Source: an uncultured Bacteroidota bacterium (lineage in GTDB: Bacteria; Bacteroidota; Bacteroidia; JABEUT01). Taken from it: DNA of 64,000 nucleotides. The stretch covers positions 7,342-71,341 of the forward strand of contig CAIPDV010000099.1 of the NCBI GenBank assembly GCA_903863935.1, read 5' to 3'. The notes below the pieces were generated by a model. The model made no database searches, was not told the origin of the DNA, and saw only the letters and a program-made list of their open reading frames with translations. Within the stretch, counting starts at the first letter, position 1. Every line of letters begins with the position of its first letter. Positions 9,027 through 17,136 of this stretch are shown piece after piece. The position numbers were made by a program, and so were the translations under genes.

Positions 9027-11150
9027 CTAATTTCGATCGGTTTTAGTTTGGGTAAAATTAGAATTATTCAAATTCATAGGATAAATTGTTATTGATAAGT
9101 CATCGAAATACGCATACCCATTTCCATAATAGAAAAGGTATAAATTAATGTTACCATCATTAAAACTTGAAGGAACTAAGCATTTGTATTCTATCTGTTT
9201 CCATCCATGTGAATCAGAATCAATTACTGCGTGGCCAAAGGCATAAAAATCACCGTTGCTTTTTGATGTGAAAGCAATTCCTCCCCATCCATCATCCGAT
9301 TTCCGCCATATCTTCGTTACTATTAAACTACCCCGTTTTGAATGTATTGCGTAATTTAAGGCGAATTGATTATCATGATTCATCAGCACTGAATTATTAC
9401 GGGAATGATGTTCTTTAGTGGTAAGTGAATTGATGCCGCCGAGAGTGTCTTTTCCATCTGATGAAATAGATTTTGATTTATCTGAAGTTAATCTTTCAAG
9501 GTCAAAGTTTATTTCAACCGGATTGTCCATCATTGTTTTGGCCATCGTTTGGTTGCCATCCAGTTCATATATAAATTCATTTGACTCTTTGCGAGCATAA
9601 ACTAACTTTTTTTGTGCAATAGTGTCTTTACCCCAAATACAAAATTCTTTCAAGAAGGAGGCTCTGCCAGCAGAATCCTGCTCATTAAAGTATGCAATTA
9701 TTTTCTTGTGTTTTGAAAAAAGCTCGGGCATATAAAAAATATCGTCCCAATGTGAAACACTTTTACTTGGATGTATAGTTCGGTAGGTGTTGGGGTAAAT
9801 ACGTTTCAAAAACTCCCAATATTTATTATTGAAATTCCCTGCATAGGCAACACCTAATTCAATGGCAGGTTCAATTCTTGAACTAGCAAAACCTGCCGTA
9901 ATTACTATAGGGGTGTCACCGTATTTGTCAATAAAATCAGCCGTTTCAGAAGAAACCGCTTTCGGAAGATTAAAGAAAAAGCCTTTTAAATCTGGAATTA
10001 CAAGGTAAGCAGAAAAAAGGTAAATTATAGCAGGGAAAGCAAATTTTAGCTGTGGTGTTTTCACGTTAATAAAATCACGTAATAAACCAGCAGATCCGGC
10101 AATTATTAATGGCAGGCAAAGCTGAATTGGAATAAGGTAGTGGAATGAGTAGTGTTTTGCAACAAGTATTATAAGAATTAATGATGATGCAAAAATGCCA
10201 GTTAGAAGGCGCAAGTAAATGCTATTTGCAGGTTGAATTTGCTTGCGTTTTATAAATCCAGTTATAAGTGAAATGATCATAAGCACATAGATTGATGTGA
10301 AAAACATATCCTTAGAAAATATTTTACCCAAGTTAGTTGTGAACTCTGATGAGTTTGCAAAGCCCTTTTCTCCTTGTCCATAACTTCCTTTGTGTGTGGC
10401 AATGTTGGTGAGCCAGTCAACTATTTGACTCATAACTGGAATTGCAGGAGAAATGAATACAAGCAAGAATAAAACTAAATATTGTAATCTACTCCGTGTT
10501 CCAGGCAATAAGAATACAACTAGAAAGAACAAAGGAAAGCAAGTGTACTTGCATGTTATTAAGAATGCGGAAAAAGAGGCGTAAATTAATAATTGCTTAA
10601 TACCTGTTTTTCTTTGCGATGATTTATCTGAATAAATAAGATTGCAAAATAAGTAGGCAATAAAAGGTACTCCAAATAATAAAATAAATGATTCAGGTGA
10701 TGGAGCAGAAGAAGTAAGATATTCTTTTGCAATAAGAGGAGTTAATTGAAAAAGCAATGCCAAAGGAAGATTAGCAGTTCTTTTCAATACATAATACCCC
10801 GTATATAATGTAATTAAAACCCAGAGTAGGGAAATGGCGACACATATTGCGTAAAGGTAACTCTCTGGATGCAGCAAAAGATCCTGATAGAGTGGAATAC
10901 TATGGTTGAAAAAATGCTTAACATATATAACTAATGCGCAAAAATACTGCACCGGTATCCCTGGATTATCAATATAATGGATGGATAATTTTCCTGCTCC
11001 AATGTTCATGCCGGTAAACAAATAAATGTAAACCGGATCTGCACAAAGCGTGTAAAATGGCCTCCAGTTAATAAAAAATACTCCTGAAAAAAATAAATAA
11101 ACTACCGGAAGTATTAATAGCAAAAAATACTTCCTGTTAATTGAATTCAT
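9027..11150 (-). CDS. GT-C-like polytopic membrane glycosyltransferase with a C-terminal beta-sandwich (carbohydrate-binding-like) domain
   Basis: About 12 TM helices in the N-terminal 400 aa. The ~250-aa soluble tail ends NLYLFYYGNGYAYFDDLSITIYP. Confidence 0.5.
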   Translation of the reverse strand: MNSINRKYFLLLILPVVYLFFSGVFFINWRPFYTLCADPVYIYLFTGMNIGAGKLSIHYIDNPGIPVQYFCALVIYVKHFFNHSIPLYQDLLLHPESYLYAICVAISLLWVLITLYTGYYVLKRTANLPLALLFQLTPLIAKEYLTSSAPSPESFILLFGVPFIAYLFCNLIYSDKSSQRKTGIKQLLIYASFSAFLITCKYTCFPLFFLVVFLLPGTRSRLQYLVLFLLVFISPAIPVMSQIVDWLTNIATHKGSYGQGEKGFANSSEFTTNLGKIFSKDMFFTSIYVLMIISLITGFIKRKQIQPANSIYLRLLTGIFASSLILIILVAKHYSFHYLIPIQLCLPLIIAGSAGLLRDFINVKTPQLKFAFPAIIYLFSAYLVIPDLKGFFFNLPKAVSSETADFIDKYGDTPIVITAGFASSRIEPAIELGVAYAGNFNNKYWEFLKRIYPNTYRTIHPSKSVSHWDDIFYMPELFSKHKKIIAYFNEQDSAGRASFLKEFCIWGKDTIAQKKLVYARKESNEFIYELDGNQTMAKTMMDNPVEINFDLERLTSDKSKSISSDGKDTLGGINSLTTKEHHSRNNSVLMNHDNQFALNYAIHSKRGSLIVTKIWRKSDDGWGGIAFTSKSNGDFYAFGHAVIDSDSHGWKQIEYKCLVPSSFNDGNINLYLFYYGNGYAYFDDLSITIYPMNLNNSNFTQTKTDRN

Positions 11151-11284
11151 AGCTATGCATCGTTAACAAAATAAAAGATATGGTACTTAAATATTAAAAG
11201 AAATTATGGTTTTCAAATTAATCAAAAACAAAAATAACAAGAATTATCACGTAATTCCATTTAGTTCTTGTTAATGGTTTTTGG

Positions 11285-12418
11285 TTAGGGCATATGTTTG
11301 TTTAAAATTTTTAAAGCAGAATCGGGAAAACCCCAAGCAAGGTCATTTAACTTTGCTTCGGTTGATTCAACAATAATTATATCATTTTTTTTAATTGATT
11401 CACCAAGATTAAAAGTATTTATCCAATATTGGGGTTTATTATCCGAAGGGAAAACCTGAGCATAATAATAACATAGGTCTCCGGATGTAAAATTGGCCCA
11501 AAAATTATAATGCTTTTCGAGTATTAAGATATAACTGTCGCCAACAACGAGCGTTGAATTTTTTTTAACTGAAGTATCATTCGGGTTTGAAGTGTGCGGA
11601 TGTCCAAGTTTATCTTGTTTCATTGTAAACAATAAATTCAGATCATCCTCCAATTCAATCTCATCATCATTGGCATCATCAAAGGTTACATTGTTTTTCC
11701 ATAGTGTATGTGGCAATTTTTCGTGTCTTAGTTTTTCAAGCATTGTCATAATTGAATCACCAGCAATACATGCCCCATAGGCTGTCCAATGACTTCCATT
11801 CTTGTAAAACAAAGGATATTTTGATTTCTCTTTGTTCTCAATAAAATACTTGTTGAAATCAATATAATTCAACCCCTCAGTTTTTAAAAGTTTTTTACAA
11901 ACGTCGTAGTTTATTGAATCAGCAACCTTGTATCTCTCCGGAACATCTTCTGGATTGAATAAGGTTTTTGAAGGTGCAATAACAAGTAGCAGGGTTTTAT
12001 TCATTTTTGCAAAAGTGTCTTGAAGAATCTTTAATTTGTCAAGCCGGGCTTTTAGTTTGATTGTTCCAATAAAATTCCATCCTGCAAACGATTCCATATA
12101 CCATTCTGGGAATAGGTCGTCGTTGTTGCCCATAATAAAGTCGGTTGAATTTATTTTGCTAAATAAGCTAAAATCAGCTTGGTTCCTGCTGCGAATAAAT
12201 AGATTTCGTAATCCAAATGTATCACTTAAATATTTTTCTTTATGTGTTTGATATTTTCCTGAAAACCAACCATCAGTTGAAAAAAATGTATCCGCTACTT
12301 GTGTATATGCACCCGCCAGGCGTTTTATTTTAAATAAATGGAAATTACTTTGCAGCAATGGCAAAAATAGAAAACTTAATAAGACAATAAAGATTAGTTT
12401 CAGAAATGGCTTTTTCAT
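11285..12418 (-). CDS. AlgX/AlgJ/PatB-like SGNH-fold O-acyltransferase partner protein (paralogue 1 of 3)
   Basis: N-terminal signal anchor. Conserved GWFSGKYQ…FGLR…RNQ.DFSLF block and a GSHWT.YGA (DxHW-type) motif, plus a GDS(Y/F) motif. Sits in the same operon as the MBOAT gene. Confidence 0.55.
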   Translation of the reverse strand: MKKPFLKLIFIVLLSFLFLPLLQSNFHLFKIKRLAGAYTQVADTFFSTDGWFSGKYQTHKEKYLSDTFGLRNLFIRSRNQADFSLFSKINSTDFIMGNNDDLFPEWYMESFAGWNFIGTIKLKARLDKLKILQDTFAKMNKTLLLVIAPSKTLFNPEDVPERYKVADSINYDVCKKLLKTEGLNYIDFNKYFIENKEKSKYPLFYKNGSHWTAYGACIAGDSIMTMLEKLRHEKLPHTLWKNNVTFDDANDDEIELEDDLNLLFTMKQDKLGHPHTSNPNDTSVKKNSTLVVGDSYILILEKHYNFWANFTSGDLCYYYAQVFPSDNKPQYWINTFNLGESIKKNDIIIVESTEAKLNDLAWGFPDSALKILNKHMP

Positions 12419-12432
12419 TTATTGGCGTAGGG

Positions 12433-13566
12433 TTAATTCATCACGTTTTTGTTCTTGCGTAATATTTTACTTACTTGCGCCGGGAAATCAAAACCCAATT
12501 TGGTAATATTGGCTTCGGTAGCTAAAAGTATAAAAACATCATTCTTTTTTAGTTCACTCTCTATATTCAGGTTATCATGTGTATCCTTATTACCTTTTGG
12601 GTAAACGTGCCAGGAATAATACCAAAAAATACCATTAGAGAAATAATCCCAGAAACTAAAATGATCACGCAAAGCCCAGAAAAAACTATCCCCCACAACC
12701 ATTGCAGATAAGTTGTTTTTGGTTGAATCTATATGTTCTAAAGGTTCAGGGTGGCCAAAAGGTTCGTGCTTGAAAGAAAATACTAGATTCATATCATTTT
12801 CCATTTCTAATTCATCTCCACTTGGTCTCTCTTGTATTATTTGGTTTTTCCAGGGTAAATGCTGCATTTTTATATTTCTTAAATTTTCAATTTTCGAAAT
12901 GATAGAATCTCCTGCTAAGTAAGCTCCGTATGATGTCCAGTGGCTGGCATATTTATAAAATAATGGGGCAAGGGCTTTTCCTTTAAGCGATAAAAAATAA
13001 GAGTTGAAGTCAATATAGTTTAATCCATCCATTTTCAACGTGTTTAAACTTATGAGGTAGTTAGACGAATCTCCTTTTCTAACCGAATCTGGCAGGTCTT
13101 CCTGGAAATAATTGTCCTTTGAGGGGGCAATAACAATAAGCAATGTTTTGTTGTGTTCGGCAAGAGAATCCTGAATCGCTTTAAGTATACCAAGCTTTTC
13201 TTTTAGTGCTTTTGAGCCTATAAAGTCTCTTCCTGAATAGGAATTAAAGTACCAGCCCCAGAAAATATCATTATTTTTCCCGATTACGAAATCATCGGCA
13301 TGTACTTGCTGAAAGAGTGAAAAATCAATCTGATTTCTTATCCTGATAAATATACTCCTCAGTCCGAACACATCGTGAAAATATTTGTCTTTTTTTATCT
13401 GGTATTTCCCTGAAAACCAGCCGCCAGATGTAAGTACAGTATCTCCCGAAAGTGTGAACATTCCTGATAAAGCCTTACAGTTTATTAAATTGAAGCGATA
13501 TTGAATGGCAGGAAATAGTAAGCAACCAAAAAGAAAAATAAATAGTGATTTGCGAAAAAGGTTCAT
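12433..13566 (-). CDS. AlgX/AlgJ/PatB-like SGNH-fold O-acyltransferase partner protein (paralogue 2 of 3)
   Basis: Same architecture and motifs as paralogue 1 (GWFSGKYQIKKDKY…, ASHWTSYGA, VVGDSFF). Diverged sequence, so not an assembly duplicate. Confidence 0.55.
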   Translation of the reverse strand: MNLFRKSLFIFLFGCLLFPAIQYRFNLINCKALSGMFTLSGDTVLTSGGWFSGKYQIKKDKYFHDVFGLRSIFIRIRNQIDFSLFQQVHADDFVIGKNNDIFWGWYFNSYSGRDFIGSKALKEKLGILKAIQDSLAEHNKTLLIVIAPSKDNYFQEDLPDSVRKGDSSNYLISLNTLKMDGLNYIDFNSYFLSLKGKALAPLFYKYASHWTSYGAYLAGDSIISKIENLRNIKMQHLPWKNQIIQERPSGDELEMENDMNLVFSFKHEPFGHPEPLEHIDSTKNNLSAMVVGDSFFWALRDHFSFWDYFSNGIFWYYSWHVYPKGNKDTHDNLNIESELKKNDVFILLATEANITKLGFDFPAQVSKILRKNKNVMN

Positions 13567-13567
13567 G

Positions 13568-14713
13568 CTAGTTTAATTGAGCGGTATTGGGCACTATTCC
13601 AAAAACCTTGCATGCAGCGTCAGCAAAACCCCAACCAATTTTACTAAGATTTATTTCTGTGGATTCTACCATGATCAGGTCTGCTTTGTTTATTGCATCG
13701 CGCAAATCCAGGCTATCTATATCAGCAGACTTATCTGCGCCCAAAGTGTAAACTGTTTTATAGTAATAGCAGAATTTAAAGGAAGAAAAACTGGACATAA
13801 GGTCATAATGTGCTTCAAGGTTAAGGATGTAACTATCTCCAATTATTAAAATAGAAGGTCTTTTTTGCTTTAGATTAATTGTGTCTTTGATCTGCGGGTG
13901 AGCGAGCATCTCGGTTGGAAAGCCAGAAAAAATATTTAGTTCGTTTGATAATTCAAGTTCATCTCCTTCAGCTTTACTTATAGTAACATTATTTCTCCAT
14001 GGGTAATGAGGGATTTTTATTGCACTTAAATATTCTAAAGCACCAATAATAGAATCGCCTGCAACACAAGCCCCATAATAACTCCAATGGCTTCCGTAAG
14101 CAGGAAATAGCGGGTAAGGACAAGTTTGCTTTAGTTTAATGAAATAATTTTCGAAATCAATGTGTACCAATCCTTTTTGTTTTGCTTTTTTCTCAAAAAC
14201 TTCATAATTGGTAGAATCGCCCTTTTTCGTCCCTTCGGGAAGGTTTTCCGGAGCATATATATCTTTCGATGGAGAGAAAACTACTAGCAAAACCTTGTTT
14301 CGTTTTGCTAAGGTATCTTGTAATAACTTAAATTCAGAAATGATATGATTTATTTTTGGGCTGCCAATAAAATCAAGCCCTTTATAAGTATCAATATACC
14401 AAGTGTTAAACAGAAAATGATTCTTGCCTTCAACTACATCCTGCGCATGAAATTGGTGGTAAAAACTAAAGTCAACCTGGTTTCGGCAGCGAATAAAAGC
14501 ACTTCTTAATTCAAAGTGATCGTTCAGATATTTTTCCCTATGTGTCTGATATTTGCCCGAAAACCAGCCGTTTAATGAGAAAGTGGTATCGTCGTTTAGT
14601 ACAAAGGTTCCGTCCAATGGCTTTTCGTGAAATACTGGAAAACTTCGCTGGAATAGAGACAAAGACAAGAAGACCAGGATAAAAATAAAAAGTATTTTAG
14701 GGATACTGAACAT
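13568..14713 (-). CDS. AlgX/AlgJ/PatB-like SGNH-fold O-acyltransferase partner protein (paralogue 3 of 3)
   Basis: Same architecture (GWFSGKYQTHREKY…, GSHWSYYGA, IIGDSYI). Separated by 1 bp from paralogue 2. Confidence 0.55.
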   Translation of the reverse strand: MFSIPKILFIFILVFLSLSLFQRSFPVFHEKPLDGTFVLNDDTTFSLNGWFSGKYQTHREKYLNDHFELRSAFIRCRNQVDFSFYHQFHAQDVVEGKNHFLFNTWYIDTYKGLDFIGSPKINHIISEFKLLQDTLAKRNKVLLVVFSPSKDIYAPENLPEGTKKGDSTNYEVFEKKAKQKGLVHIDFENYFIKLKQTCPYPLFPAYGSHWSYYGACVAGDSIIGALEYLSAIKIPHYPWRNNVTISKAEGDELELSNELNIFSGFPTEMLAHPQIKDTINLKQKRPSILIIGDSYILNLEAHYDLMSSFSSFKFCYYYKTVYTLGADKSADIDSLDLRDAINKADLIMVESTEINLSKIGWGFADAACKVFGIVPNTAQLN

Positions 14714-14728
14714 GCTTTCTTAAAATTC

Positions 14729-16159
14729 TTAAAACCTAAAATAGATAAATGGATTGAAGCCGCTGCCTGCAATATTCCCGACGGATAAAATAAATAGTAT
14801 CAGTGCAAGGAAAGCAGTTACCAGATGTCTTAAATTAGAGTACTCATGGGTGAAAACTCCATCCTGTATCTTCTGTGTCCATTTAAAAAAGGTGAAGAAT
14901 GCAAAAAAAGCAGCAATTATTAGCAGGGTATAAAATGCAGGGTCGGGTATAAACTTATATTCTTTTGGGTTTGAAATGAACATTCGCTTTATAAACTGAA
15001 TTGCATCACTAAATTTTTCAACCCTGAAAAATACCCAACCAATAATTACTATCAGGAAGGTTATAAAGGTTCTGAAAAATTTCCCGATCTTATCATATAT
15101 CTTTAATAAAAATGCTCTTTCAAGGGCTAGAAATGTACCATGATAGGCACCCCAGAAAACAAAATTCCATGAGGCACCATGCCACAAACCTGAAACAAGA
15201 AACACAAACCAAAGGTTGAAGTAGAGACGGAGTTTACTGTCAACACGGTTACCACCCAGTGGGATATATAGATAGTTTTTCATCCAACGCCCAAGCGACA
15301 TGTGCCATCTTCTCCAAAATTCAGTAATGCTTTGTGATGTATATGGGTTTTCGAAATTCTCAGGGAACTTAAATCCAATCATTCTGGCTAGGCCAATAGC
15401 CATGTCTGAGTATCCTGAAAAGTCAAAATAGATTTGGAAAGTATAGGCTAAAATGCCCATCCAAGCTGCGTATGCAGAAAGGTCTGCTGTACTCGTTTTG
15501 AAAACTGCATCTGCCAAAGCACCCATTTGGTTAGCAATTAATACCTTTTTAGCAAGTCCGATAATAAAGCGGTAGAAGCCTAGCAGGCGGTTCTCAGTAG
15601 TTTCATTTGCCGAACGGTCTGTTATCTGGTCTGCCAATTCATGATACCTGATGATTGGTCCTGCAATTAGTTTAGGGAATAGAATTATATACAGCTGATA
15701 ATTCCAGAAGTTATCAAGGGGTTTGTGCTCTCCCCGATATACATCTACTACATAAGTAATTGTTTCAAATGTATAGAAGGAAATACCAAGAGGAAGCACC
15801 AATTTAGTCCATCCTAAAGGATGCACATGGAAAATATGTGTTATAAATACGTCTACATTTTCTATAAAAAAACCTGAATATTTAAAATAGAATAGTAACC
15901 CGAGGTTCATGCAAACCGACACAGTGAGTAAGATTCTTCGGTAAAGCCTTGTCTGGGTATTATACATCCACTTAACAAGAAAGAAGTCTACCAGTGTAGT
16001 ACCTAGAATTACAAAAATAAATTTGGGTGCCCCCCAACTATAAAAGAAAATACTAAAAACCAGAACTACTACATTCTTCAGGAATTTAGGGGTGATATAA
16101 TAGACAAGTAAAAATACAGGTAAAAAATAAATGAGAAAAAGTATGCTGCTGAATATCAT
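14729..16159 (-). CDS. MBOAT family membrane-bound O-acyltransferase (AlgI/DltB/PatA-like)
   Basis: Polytopic protein with the MBOAT signature FWRRWHMSLGRWMKNYLYIPLGGNR and a conserved His region. Confidence 0.85.
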   Translation of the reverse strand: MIFSSILFLIYFLPVFLLVYYITPKFLKNVVVLVFSIFFYSWGAPKFIFVILGTTLVDFFLVKWMYNTQTRLYRRILLTVSVCMNLGLLFYFKYSGFFIENVDVFITHIFHVHPLGWTKLVLPLGISFYTFETITYVVDVYRGEHKPLDNFWNYQLYIILFPKLIAGPIIRYHELADQITDRSANETTENRLLGFYRFIIGLAKKVLIANQMGALADAVFKTSTADLSAYAAWMGILAYTFQIYFDFSGYSDMAIGLARMIGFKFPENFENPYTSQSITEFWRRWHMSLGRWMKNYLYIPLGGNRVDSKLRLYFNLWFVFLVSGLWHGASWNFVFWGAYHGTFLALERAFLLKIYDKIGKFFRTFITFLIVIIGWVFFRVEKFSDAIQFIKRMFISNPKEYKFIPDPAFYTLLIIAAFFAFFTFFKWTQKIQDGVFTHEYSNLRHLVTAFLALILFILSVGNIAGSGFNPFIYFRF

Positions 16160-16239
16160 ATAAGTTTAATAGATTAAATACAATAATAACATTTAAATGC
16201 TAATCATTATAGTATGAAATAGTAATAGAAACAATGCAA

Positions 16240-16938
16240 TTACATCACTTTTTTCCCGGCTACAAAGTCTTTCAGGTAGAACGGCTCATAATAGGCAACA
16301 TCAGTAAACTCTTTTTTAGCAAAGGATTCTTCTGCTAGTAAAATCATGTTTTGGGCAGATGCATGAATTTCATCCACCCAAATACAATTTGTATTTTCAA
16401 GAGGAAAAAGCTTTTTAAGTTTAGGCATTCCATCTCCTCCGAATGCTATAGTTGTGGTTTTTAGAATTTCACTAAATGAATTTTCATTAAGTATTTTTGC
16501 TTCTACCGGAAGGATCTCGTTGCCTTCACAAGAATAAATGCCTGTGTATACTTCCAATCTACGCGCATCTACAAGGGCGCAATAAAATATATCTTTCCTT
16601 CTAATAATTGATGCTAATGAAAGTGCCATTGCCTTAAGTGTCGGAACCGCAATAAGTGGTTTATTGAGTGAATAACAAAGCCCTTTAGCTGTTGATGTTC
16701 CAATTCTTAGACCTGTATATGATCCCGGACCAGTGCCTATGGCAATAGCATCCAATGTTTTCAAGTCATGGTGTTTGGTAATACTTGCAATAAATACAGC
16801 AAGTTTTTCAGCATGTGCATTTGGGATTAAGGATTCCTCCGAATTCACAATTTTCCCATCAATGGCAAGGGCCACAGAGCAAACAGCAGTTGATGTTTCT
16901 ATATTCAGTATTGTTGCCATTAATAAGCTATTGGCCAT
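16240..16938 (-). CDS. tsaB: tRNA threonylcarbamoyladenosine biosynthesis protein TsaB (YeaZ)
   Basis: The N-terminal ILNIETSTAVCSVAL and IAIGTGPGSYTGLRIGTSTAKGL motifs are characteristic of the TsaB/YeaZ family. Confidence 0.85.
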   Translation of the reverse strand: MANSLLMATILNIETSTAVCSVALAIDGKIVNSEESLIPNAHAEKLAVFIASITKHHDLKTLDAIAIGTGPGSYTGLRIGTSTAKGLCYSLNKPLIAVPTLKAMALSLASIIRRKDIFYCALVDARRLEVYTGIYSCEGNEILPVEAKILNENSFSEILKTTTIAFGGDGMPKLKKLFPLENTNCIWVDEIHASAQNMILLAEESFAKKEFTDVAYYEPFYLKDFVAGKKVM

Positions 16939-17136
16939 GCCTATAAGCTATTAGCCATTTTACAAAGGTATAATTCCCGGATAAACTGAAAAAAAATTAA
17001 GCTGGTATATTGTATTCACAAATAATTAGTAATATTGCATCGCGTTCCCCGCATTTATTTCCAAAGACATATTATTTCCCGCTAGTATTTTCCCCTCCCT
17101 TCTTAGCAATCAAATTATTTATTTAAAAACATATTT

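Noticed and set aside
11236-11272. Possible terminator in the 134-bp gap between the AlgX-like block and the GT-C block
   Set aside because: The stem is only 8 bp and A/U-rich (AACAAGAA/TTCTTGTT) with a 21-nt loop. It is followed by a U-rich tract on the minus strand but is too weak to call as a terminator. It is mentioned as context in the main finding.
1335-13849. Many short antisense or nested ORFs inside the large genes (for example 1335..1808, 2894..3082, 4334..4564, 5673..5993, 6467..6715, 8788..9000, 9418..9600, 11592..11780, 12036..12251, 12713..12922, 13577..13849)
   Set aside because: All are fully embedded in, and antisense or out-of-frame to, long ORFs with clear family signatures. 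Their translations are low-complexity or Cys/Leu-rich nonsense.
11285-14713. Three 377-aa genes as a collapsed or expanded assembly artefact (a recent identical tandem duplicate)
   Set aside because: The copies differ at most positions outside the conserved motifs and have distinct lengths and termini. They are ancient paralogues.
16733-16954. 73-aa plus-strand ORF overlapping tsaB
   Set aside because: Antisense to the well-supported tsaB gene. Its translation has no family resemblance.
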